The notes beneath the pieces are model-generated. The model saw only the letters and a program-made list of their open reading frames with translations, made no database searches and had not been told where the DNA came from. DNA of 37,742 nucleotides from Octopus sinensis (Eukaryota): the NCBI RefSeq assembly GCF_006345805.1, contig NW_021835777.1, positions 1-37,742 of the forward strand. The letters are read 5' to 3'. Positions within the stretch are counted from its first letter, which is position 1. Each line of letters begins with the position of its first letter. Made by a program: the position numbers and the translations under genes. Below, one piece after another: positions 22,399 through 33,227 of the stretch.

Positions 22399-24071
22399 AG
22401 ACCTGTTGAGTCAAGTGCATGAACATGAACATCGAAACAAATATCAATGGAAATAGTAGTCATGATACCTGTGCAGGTGGCACATAAAAATCACCATCCG
22501 TATGTGGGCGATGCCAGCCCAGCCTCGACTGGCTCCTGTGCCGGTGGCACATGAAAAGCACCATCCGAATGTGGCCGTTGCCAGCCCCGCCTCGACTGGC
22601 TTCTGTGCCGGTGGCACATAAAAAGCGCCATCCGAATGTGGCCGATGCCAGCCCCGCCTCGACTGGCTTCCGTGCCGGTGGCACATAAAAAGCACCATCC
22701 GAACGTGGCCGATGCCAGCGCCGCCTTGACTGGCTTCCATGCTGGTGGCACATAAAAAGCACCATCCGAACGTGGCCGTTTCCAGCCCCGCCTCAACTGG
22801 CTTCCTTGCCGGTGGCACATAAAAAGCACCATCCGAACGTGGCCGATGCCAGCCCCGCCTCAACTGGCTTCCTTGCCAGTGGCACATAAAAAGCACCATC
22901 CGAACATGGCCGTTGCCAGCCCTGCCTCAACTGGCTTCCTTGCCGGTGGCACATAAAAAGCACCATCCGAACGTGGCCGTTGCCAGCCCCGCCTCAACTG
23001 GCTTCCTTGCCGGTGGCACATAAAAAGCACCATCCGAACGTGGTCGATGCCAGCGCTGCCTTGACTGGCTTCCGTGCCGGTGGCACATAAAAAGCACCAT
23101 CCGAACGTGGCCGTTGCCAGCCCTGCCTCAACTGGCTTCCTTGCCGGTGGCACATAAAAAGCACCATCCGAACATGGCCGATGCCAGCCCCGCCTCAACT
23201 GGCTTCCTTGCCGGTGGCACATAAAAAGCACCATCCGAACGTGGCCGATGCCAGCCCCGCCTCAACTGGCTTCCTTGCCGGTGGCACATAAAAAGCACCA
23301 TCCGAATGTGGCCGATGCCAGCCCCGCCTCAACTGGCTTCCGTGCCGGTGGCACATAAAAAGCACCATCCGAACGTGGCCGTTGCCAGCACCGCCCCGAC
23401 TGGCTTCTGTGCCGGTGGCACGTAAAAAGCGCCATCTGAATGTGGCCGATGCCAGCCCCGCCTCAACTGGCTTCCGTGCCGGTGGCACATAAAAAGCACC
23501 ATCCGAACGTGGTCGATGCCAGCGCCGCCTTGACTGGTTTCCATGCCGGTGGCACATAAAAAGCACCATCCGAACGTGGCTGTTGCCAGCCCCGCCTCAA
23601 CTGGCTTCCTTGCCGGTGGCACATAAAAAGCACCATCCGAACGTGGCCGATGCCAGCCCCGCCTCAACTGGCTTCCTTGCCGGTGGCACATAAAAAGCAC
23701 CATCCGAACGTGGCCGATGCCAGCGCTGCCTTGACTGGCTTCCGTGCCGGTGGCACATAAAAAGCACCATCCGAACGTGGCCATTGCCAGCACCGCCTCG
23801 ATTGGCTTCTGTGCCGGTGGCACATAAAATGCACCATCCGAACGTGGCCGATGCCAGACACCCCTGGCAGCTGTGCAGGTGGCACGTAAAGAGCACCCAC
23901 TACACTCGCGGAGTGGTTGGCGTTAGGGGGGGCATCCACCTGTAGAAACACTGCCAGATCAGACTGGAGCCTGGTGCAGCCCCTGGCTTCCCAGACCCCG
24001 GTCGAACCATCCAACCCATGCGAGCATGGAAAGCGGACGCTAGACGAAGATGATGATGATGATTACGATGA
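22399..24071 (+). mobile_element. RTE 3'-UTR copy containing an expanded internal 67-bp tandem array
   Basis: The 5' part resembles 1838-2020 (GTTGAG.CAAGTG...ATCAATGGAAAT); the 3' part ends in CCATGCGAGCATGG...(GAT)n. Confidence 0.85.
22476..23890 (+). repeat. 67-bp tandem array, 21 units plus a terminal partial repeat
   Basis: GGTGGCAC starts at exact 67-bp spacing from 22476 to 23816; the last unit is 62 bp. Confidence 0.95.
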
Positions 24072-24176
24072 TATATATATATGTCTGTGTGTGTGTGTGT
24101 GTATACATTTAGATTTAGTCCATTATCAACCCTTTATCTTCCTCTATGTATATATACCATGATTATATTATATATA

Positions 24177-24207
<31 letters not shown>

Positions 24208-24593
24208 ATATGTATGTGTGTGTATACATATATATATATACATGTTTGTATGTATATATGTGTTTATATATATATTTATATATATATATATATATATACA
24301 CATATATGTATGTATCTATATATATGTGTATATATGTATGTATATATGCATGTATGTGTATATGCACACACATATATAGGTATGTGTATATATGTATGTG
24401 TATATCTATATATGTACACACATATATATAGGTATGTGTATATATGTATGTGTGTATATATATATATACATGTACGTATATAAATATATATATACATATA
24501 TGAATATATATATATATACATGTATGTATATAATATATATATGTATATATATATATATGTGTGTATATATATGTATATGCATATATATATATA

Positions 24594-24624
<31 letters not shown>

Positions 24625-25474
24625 GTATATATTTATATAAACATACATAATGTATACATAATCTATTGGTATCCAACCAGACTTGTCTCAAAAAGATTTA
24701 TAATGTGAAAAAAGAAAAAAGAAGAACAGAGAAATATTCTTTTTTATTTTGTTGAGAACATGCCAGTATAGCTACATGGTGACAATCTGGTAAAAATGAA
24801 AATTAAAACTATCTCTGCTGTGTTTTTACAATGAGAATGATCATATGTATCAAATTTAATAAAAATACGTAAAAAAACAAAGATTATTGAGATTGTTTAA
24901 TTTCTGATGCAATTATTTTTGTATAATTGTTATTTCATTAACTATTAAATTGCAACTGTTATATACAAAAATGTAAATCATTGTAACTGTAGGTTTGAAT
25001 GTATGTGTCTCCATAACAATAATGAATTACTACATTCTTATATAATTCCATGAAACAAGAAATTGGTTGAATACAACTAAAGAAAAGGTTTTTTAGAAAA
25101 CATTGTCTAGAAATTAAAGCATTACGTGTTGTAACATTTGAATGCTTGTACTTACATTTCTTAGGTTTGAGTTTTTTTAAAAATTTTACTGTAATATTAA
25201 TAAAAGTTGACGTTTTTATCCTTTCATTTTAGAGAAATTATTACATATGTATACTCTTTACTCTTTTACTTGTTTCAGTCATTTGACTGTGGCCATGCTG
25301 GAGCACCGCCTTTAGTCAAGCAAATCGACCCCGGGACTTATTCTTTTGTAAGCCCAGTACTTATTCTATCGGTCTCTTTTGCCGAACCGCTAAGTAACGG
25401 GGACGTAAACTCACCAGCATCTGTTGTCAAGCAAAGCTAGGGGGACAAACACAGACACACAAACACACACACAT

Positions 25475-25523
<49 letters not shown>

Positions 25524-25689
25524 TACGACAGGCTTCTTTCAGTTTCCGTCTACCAAATCCACTCACAAGGTATTGGTCGGCCCGGGGCTATAGCAGAAGA
25601 CACTTGCCCAAGGTGCCACGCAGTGGGACTGAACCCGGAACCATGTGGTTGGTTAGCAAGCTACTTACCACACAGCCACTCATGCACCT
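23913..25689 (+). repeat. Local duplication, copy 2 (lacks the RTE insertion)
   Basis: See copy 1. Confidence 0.9.
25253..25689 (-). mobile_element. Full-length family A SINE (duplicated with 21775-22152)
   Basis: Same position within the duplicated block. Confidence 0.88.
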
Positions 25690-25844
25690 ATATGTATGTA
25701 TATATATATATTATATATATATATATATAGTTGTGCCAAATTCACAAGGCCTTCTTTGGAAAGCAGAAACCACTTGCCCACAGAGGGATTGAACCCAAAG
25801 CTACATGTTTGCAAAGCAAGTTTCTTAATCACATGGATAAATTT

Positions 25845-25990
25845 CTTTCAGTTTCTGCCAACTAAATACAACCCCCAAAGCTTTAGTTAGCCCAGGGCTA
25901 TAATAGAAGACATTTGCCCAAGGTGCCACGCAGAAGAATTGAACCTGAAACCAAGTGGTAAGGAGATAACTTCCTTCACCACACAGCTAA
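25845..25990 (-). mobile_element. Degenerate family A SINE head
   Basis: TTTCTTTCAGTTTCTG...GAAGACATTTGCCCAAGGTGCCACGCAG...CACACAGC. Confidence 0.65.
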
Positions 25991-26045
25991 GCTCGAGCAT
26001 GTCATATCATGAAAAATAGAATATTTTAAAACGAGGGCACCCGAG

Positions 26046-26356
26046 ATGAATGCCACAACGCAACAAACGAGGATTTACTTGATCTGTCAACCTGCTAGAA
26101 ATAAGAACCAAATTTCCCAAAAACCACATCCTGTCATTCTGAAAAAAGAAGGTCAACAAAAGCAACTGCATCCACCGATATTTATTAATATAATTAGCAT
26201 GAATGCCACAACGCAACAAACGAGGATTTATTTGTTCTGTCAACCTGCTAGAAATAGGAACCAAATCTCCCAAAAACCACATCCTGTCATTCTGAAAAAA
26301 GAAGGCCACCACCAAAAGCAACTACATCCACCGATATTTATTAATATAATTAGCAT
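26046..26356. repeat. Tandem duplication, two copies with a 153-bp period
   Basis: ATGAATGCCACAACGCAAC at 26046 and 26199. Confidence 0.9.
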
Positions 26357-26891
26357 CAACCTGCAGAACTTTACCCTGCCCCCCACCCCCCACTAAAAAT
26401 ACTCACAGCTTCATGTGAAAATGACATCACACACACAAACACGTCTCCTCCCCGCTCTTGCCATACCCCAGACAAACCATCTGCATCATTGCTATTCCTA
26501 TCTTGCATCAATCAACTAGAAATTTGGCTCCGCAACAAGCAGGCTCAAAGTAGCACCTACCGATTCCGCTGTCTTTCTTGTAATACCAGCCACACCACAC
26601 CACCTACTCGAGAACATCGAAAACAACCAACCGTGAGGCTCAACCACTGCATAATCGTGCCACAGATACACAAAATACAAAAATATTCGTAGGTGTTATG
26701 TACGTATGACTCCACCAAAATATTCACGATATGTATAGAAGATATTGTAAAGATATTTCTGTCCAGAATATGACATCAGTCCTTTAGCGTTGAGATTATT
26801 CTGTCAATTGTAATCCTTATTTATCCACATTGTTTTGAATTAATCCCACATTATCTCACAGCTACTTACCACACAGCCACTCCTATGCCTA

Positions 26892-27408
26892 TCTCTCTCT
26901 ATATAAACGGCAGTTTGTCTGTGTGTGTTTCTGTGTGTCTGTCAGGTTGTACCCTCACCCTGACCACGGCTTTCAACCGATTCTGATGAAACTTGACACA
27001 CACATAGCCCAATGTCATAATTCAAAACTAATCTCTCTATATATAAACGGCAGTTTGTCTGTGTGTGTGTCTGTTAGGTTGTACCCTCACCCTGACCATG
27101 GCTTTCAACCGATTCTGATGAAACTTGACACACACATAGCCCAATGTCATAATTCAAAACTAACGCAGCGAAAATTTTGAAAAGTTCCCCCAGTTCTGAA
27201 AAAAATCGATAAATTCGACATGGGGTCGAGAATCAGAAACACAAACCACAGACTGTCTAGGGGACGCAACTCGACCTTTTTTAACTAAAAAAAAAATTTA
27301 CCATCATTTTATTTCCCATTTTTTTGCTATTTTTTGGCTATAACTCTCTAAAAATGCTTTATAGCTATTTCCCTTACAAACCTGAGCAACGCCGGGCGAT
27401 ACTGCTAG
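26892..27408 (+). mobile_element. Non-autonomous Helitron with duplicated 5' end
   Basis: A|TC 5' start, 3' GC hairpin (CCTGAGCAACGCCGGG) then CTAG|T, no TSD. The first 140 bp are repeated (second TC start at 27032). Confidence 0.75.
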
Positions 27409-27431
27409 TATATATATATATATATATATAC

Positions 27432-27622
27432 AATTCATAAATAAGGGCAAACGAAAAAATTCTCAATGCCAAATATGCCGAAAAATTGGACATATTGTCC
27501 ATTAACCATTAATTTTTTCACAATCTGCACGCTACTCGAAAAAAGGTCGACAGAAATTTCTAAAAATTCTAAAAATTTCAAAAAAATTCCATTATTTCAT
27601 TTGCCCTTATTGTTTATGAATT
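27432..27622. mobile_element. Short MITE-like element
   Basis: AATTCATAAATAAGGGCAAA versus TTTGCCCTTAT(TGT)TTATGAATT: a ~20-bp inverted repeat with one 3-nt indel. Confidence 0.5.
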
Positions 27623-27721
27623 TAACCTTTAAAGGTATTTTTTAATATGCTGGCCATTGATAAAATTTTTTTTGAAAAAAATTTTTTCGAAAAAAAAAAA
27701 TTTTAACCTACATTAGATATA

Positions 27722-28101
27722 CACTTGCGTCAGAAATTAATTAGCACTTCTCAAATTTCTACATTAAATAGGTTAAATCAATTAACCTATGAGCTGTTCA
27801 AAATGTCTTACGCGATGAGAAAACTTAGTATGGTGTGATTTCGGTCCTAGCGAGGCGCTACCTATATCTATTAAACAATGGAAGATTTGTCTGCCTCCGC
27901 ACTCCAAGTTGTTGTTGCACTGCTATGTCAACATCATAAGGCTGTAGACTCTCAAACTTCTCTGCAAACAAAGTTACGTCATCGTTCTGCACAACAGTGA
28001 ACTTGCAACAAAGCAATAGTTCGAGATATGGCCACTAGGTGACAGCACATACCTTGAGTGAAGAGCAAATCAAGGGTGCTAATTAATTTCTGATGGTAGT
28101 G
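27722..28101. mobile_element. Tc1/mariner-type MITE (380 bp)
   Basis: TA|CACTTGCGTCAGAAATTAATTAGCAC ... GTGCTAATTAATTTCTGATGGTAGTG|TA: a 26-bp imperfect TIR with TA on both sides. Confidence 0.78.
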
Positions 28102-28110
28102 TATATATAT

Positions 28111-29105
28111 ATATAAGAATGAATGTTTTTATATATAATGAACGTGAAATACAGGAAGGGACGAACACGGAACACAGACAAATCATTCGAAGCCTTCAAT
28201 CTTCAGTCAGACACCGAATCATCATAGCAAATTTCGGCTGTTCAATTCTGATATTTGCTCCAACTCGGCCAGCCCCAAGAAAAAAAACTAAGCTGTAAGC
28301 ATTAGATTTCTTGGTAGAAGACAGGAATGTGAACGCACAAGACGGATGTGAATACAAGAGACGAAAACGAAATTGAAAACAGTAATGAATAAACAAAATA
28401 TATATAACGGTGGTTGTCATACGACTTTAGACCAAATGAGACAAACAACAACAACATAGCAGCTGGCGTAGAAATAATTACCGTTTCGGTAGCGGGGACA
28501 CATGTTGGTCGAGATACGAAGGCCAACAGAATGGTTGAAGAAGCAGCAGGTCGCGGGAGAGAGAGAAAGAGAGACAGAGAGAGAGGGAATCAAAGAGGGT
28601 GGAAGGCAGGGGACAGAATCAGTGACCAAGAGAGAAGGAGAAAGAAGGGATTAAGGAGGATGGGAGGAAGAGGGGAGGAGGATGGGAGGAAGAGAGGGGA
28701 AGAATCGGAGGGTGCCAAAAAGTTTGGTGAAGAAGCAATGGCGGGTAGTAAAAGACAGTGTGTATAGAAGTCGTGCAGGGTTTAAAATTGGACAAACAAA
28801 CGGGGGGGTGCACGTAACGCCGCAATAATATAAGAATGAATGTTTTTATATATAATGAATGTGAAATACAGGAAGGGACGAACACGGAACACAGACAAAT
28901 CATTCGAAGCCTTCAATCTTCAGTCAGACACCGAATCATCATAGCAAATTTCGGCTGTTCAATTCTGATATTTGCTCCAACTCGGCCAGCCCCAAGAAAA
29001 AAAACTAAGCTGTAAGCATTAGATTTCTTGGTAGAAGACAGGAATGTGAACGCACAAGACGGATGTGAATACAAGAGACGAAAACGAAATTGAAAACAGT
29101 AATGA

Positions 29106-29108
<3 letters not shown>
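28111..29108. repeat. 281-bp near-identical direct repeats (28111-28391, 28828-29108) flanking a 436-bp interior, embedded in (TA)n
   Basis: Offset is 717 bp with one substitution noticed; no TG...CA LTR termini. Confidence 0.85.
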
Positions 29109-29144
<36 letters not shown>

Positions 29145-29164
29145 TACATATATGTACATGTTAG

Positions 29165-29560
29165 ACGTTGGGACTTACAAAGGGGATGACACAGGACCGA
29201 GACTCCTCGTGGTTTGCTGTGCTTGAGAAGAGACGCCAAGCTAAGTAAAATCATGGTTTTCCTTTCTATACAGGTTTGTCCCCTGTATCTCTCTCCAGCT
29301 GAACGTCCTTAATCTTGTGGGGCTGTGGGTGCTGGTGTCATGTATAAAGCACTCATACCGGTGCCATGTGAATGCACCTGTGCCAACACTGGGTGAAAGC
29401 GCCCAGTTCACTTTCTAAAGTGGTTGGCATTAGGAAGGGCATCCGACTGCAGAGACCATGCCAAAACAGACAATGGAGCCTTGGCAGATCTTCAGCTGAG
29501 CAGCTCGTGTCAAACTGTCCAACCCATGCCAGCATGGAAAACAGGCGCTAAATGATGAGG
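29165..29560 (+). mobile_element. Diverged RTE-type 3'-UTR fragment
   Basis: GGTTGGCATTAGGAAGGGCATCCG...CCAACCCATGCCAGCATGGAAAACAGGCGCTAAA(TGA). Confidence 0.7.
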
Positions 29561-30200
29561 ATGATGAGGATGGTGATAATGATGATGGTCATGGTGATGA
29601 TAATCATGATGAAGATGATGATAATGATGATGATGATCATGATGATGATGAGAGAGATGATGACGGTGGTGAAGATGATGGTGATAATGAAGATGATGAA
29701 GATGACGATGTGATGAAGATGATGATGAAGATGAAGATGATGATGAAGATGATGACGATAATGGTGATGATGATGATGATGATGACGGTGATAATGATGA
29801 TGGTCATGGTGATGATAATGAAGATGATTATGATGATGATGATGACGATGGGATGAAGATGATGATGAAGATGAAGATGGTGATGAAGATGATGGTGATG
29901 ATGATGATTATGATGATGATGATGGTTAGGGAAATGATGACAGAGGTGAAGACGATAATGGTGATAATGATGATGGTCATGATGATGAGGATGATGATGA
30001 TGATAATGATACAGATGATGATGCAGATGATGAAGATGAAGATGACAATGATGATGAAGATGATGATGAAAATGAAGCTGATAGTGATGATGGAGATGAT
30101 TATGATGATGATGATGGTTATGATGATGATGATGGTGATGATTATATGATGATGATGGTTATGAAGATGAAGATGATTATGATAATAGTGATGGTGATGA
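29552..30200. repeat. Degenerate (GAT)n array of ~650 bp
   Basis: Direct reading. Confidence 0.9.
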
Positions 30201-30469
30201 AATCCTTATATCTCCCCATATCCGAGTCTGCTTGTCTATAAAATTTTTCTCACACCAATCTACCGCCATATTACAACACCATGGAAACTCCCTCCTCACC
30301 ACCACGACGACAACAACAACATCAACAACCAAAACCATACCAATAGTCATGCTATAGTACGGCTACCATCCGCTGTAAGTCAATCGCTATTATGTCACTC
30401 ACCAACGAATAACACATCAGCATCACTCACTCTGTATGTTTGTCTGTGTATGTGTGTGTGTATGTATGT

Positions 30470-30706
30470 GTGTAGATATCTATCTATGTATCTATCTGTC
30501 TCTGTCTATCTATCTATCGATCTATGTCTGTCTATCTATAGCTACCTACCTATCTTTCTATCTATCTCTATCTATCTATCTATCTATTGATCAATCGATC
30601 AATCTATATCTGTCTATCTATAGCTACCTGTCTATCTATATCTGTGTCTGTCTCTATCTATCTGTCTGTCTGTCTATTTATCTATCTGTTTGTCTATCTA
30701 TACCTG

Positions 30707-30737
<31 letters not shown>

Positions 30738-31330
30738 CTCTCTCTCTTTCTATCTATCAATCAGTTTATCTATCTACCTACCTACCTATCTATCTTTCTA
30801 TCTATCTATCTATCTATCTATCTGTTTGTCTATCTGTCTGTCTATCTATCTTTCTATCTTCCTATCTATCTATCTATCTATCTATCTATCAATCTATCTA
30901 TCCATTCTACCAATCTATCTGTCTGTCTATATATTCTACCAACCTACCTACCTATATACCTATCTATCTATCTACCTATCTATCTATTGATCAATCGATC
31001 GATCTATGTCTGTCTATCTATAGCTACCTGTCTATCTATATCTGTCTCTATCTATCTATCTGTCTCTCTTTCTCTCTATATATCTATGTGTCTGTCTGTC
31101 TATCTATCTATCTATGTTTGTCTCTCAATACCTGTCTCTCTTTCTTTTTCTCTCTCTCTCTGTCTGTCTCTCTCTCTCCATCAACCTGTTTATCTGTCTG
31201 TCTATCTATGTGTGTGTGTATGTACATATGCTTGTGTCTGTATAACTATCTATCCATCCATTTATCTTTCTATTTACCTCTCTGTATATTCAACTATCAA
31301 CCTATTTGTTTATTTATCTCTCTATCTGCC
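30470..31330. repeat. Compound (TATC)n/(TC)n microsatellite
   Basis: Direct reading. Confidence 0.9.
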
Positions 31331-31432
31331 TGTCAATCTGTGTGTGTGGTGTGTGTATATCCGTCTGCCCTTCTCTCTGTATATATATATATATGTATAT
31401 ATATCTATCTATATATATATATAATATGTATA

Positions 31433-31485
<53 letters not shown>

Positions 31486-31689
31486 ATAATTAATACATGC
31501 ACAAATACACACCACATAGCTACCATACATATATGTCATATACATATATATATATAGATGTTTTATATCTACATGCATACCTCCATATATATACACACAC
31601 ACTCCATCTTGCACCCACACAGACACTCATTTCTGTCTCTTTATCTCTTAATCAAAAGAATCTGATAGTCCATCAACAACATTACGCTG

Positions 31690-33010
31690 CCACCATCACC
31701 ATCATCACCACCACCACTACAATCACTGCCACCACCACCACCACTACCATCACCACCACCACCACTACCACCATCTCCACCATCACCACCACCACCACCA
31801 CCATCACTGCCACCATCACTACCACCACCACCACCACCATCACTTCCACTACCATCGCCACCACCACCACCATCACTGCCACCATCACCGTCACCACCAC
31901 CATCACCTCCACTACCATCACCGCCACCACCATAGCGATTTCCACTTCCGCCACCACGATGATGACGACGTCAACCATCACCATCACTACCATCACCCCC
32001 TACTATAACAATTTCCACCACCACCATGGACCCCTCCCCCCATAACAATCTCCACCACCACCACCACCACCACCGTCACCACCACCACCACCACCACCAC
32101 CACCACCGTCACCACCACCACCACCACCACCACCACCACTACCATCAACAAAACCAACACCTACAGCCGCAGAAATAGCACTGCAATAACACACATACCG
32201 AAGCTTCTAAACACCAACCCCGGGCCCTCCATCCATGCCACCACCACCGCCTCCACCACCAGCATGACCAAAGCAGAGCGTCAGAATCTTTCTGGTACAT
32301 AGAACTCTCCTCAATGGCTCACCTAATTATGAATTCTTGTGTATGAAAGGAAGGGGAGGGGGAACAGGATTACATTGCATTGTTGTTGTTGTTGTTGTTG
32401 TTGTTTTGATGTGACTTGTACTAAAGTATTGTAGTGAAAATCTTCCTCCTCCTCCTCCTCCTCCCCATCATCATCATCATCATCATCGTCATCATTTTAT
32501 CAATAATTATGAGCACCACCACTGCCACAACCATCATCATCATCATCATCATCACCATTTTCTTAATCACCACCATAGCCATCATCACTATCATCTTCAT
32601 CATCAATTTTTAACAATACTTATAAGCAACACCATCACCAACACCACCAACGCTACCATGTCTACTACCTCCAACACCACCATGTCTACTACCTCCAGCA
32701 CCACCATGTCTACTACCACCACCACCACGTCTACTACCACCACCACCACCACCACCACCATGTCTACTACCACCACCACCACCACCACCATGTCTACTAC
32801 CACCACCACCACCACCACCATATCTACTACCACCACCACACCACCACCACCACCACCACATCTACTACCACCACCAACACCACCATGTCTACTACCCCCA
32901 CCACAACCCTTATCATGGCATTCACCACCACCACAACCATCATTTTCCTAATCACTACCATATCTGCTGCCACCATCACCACCACCACCACCATGGCCAT
33001 CACCACTGCT
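31690..33010. repeat. (CAC)n/(CAT)n-based low-complexity tracts, including a CATGTCTACTACCACC... minisatellite at ~32655-32900
   Basis: Direct reading. Confidence 0.85.
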
Positions 33011-33227
33011 TCTTGGGGTTGATTTGTTCGACTAAAACCCTTCAATGCGGAGCCCCAGCATGGCCACAGTCCAATGACTGAATCAAGGAATCAAGGTAAA
33101 AAGATAAAACGACTGAATTTCCTGAGGTTTTTTCAATAAGTTTATTGGAAAGTTTTGTGCAAAACGAAAACTGTTCATGGCTCAGCAGGATGAAAGGATC
33201 CTTGTTTGGAATCAAGAACTTGTTTAA

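Noticed and set aside
22476-23890. CRISPR-like appearance (palindromic constant part, regular spacing)
   Set aside because: The putative spacers are near-identical to each other, the unit is part of a LINE 3' UTR, there are no cas genes, and the context is eukaryotic.
28170-28240. Hammerhead in the 281-bp repeat (CTGAAGA, GCCGAAAT on the minus strand)
   Set aside because: Stems I-III cannot be closed around the core in any permutation I tried.
29175-29236. Minus-strand exon candidate (TTTTACTTAG ... GTAAGT)
   Set aside because: It overlaps a diverged RTE 3'-UTR fragment, and all three frames are open, so there is no coding signal.
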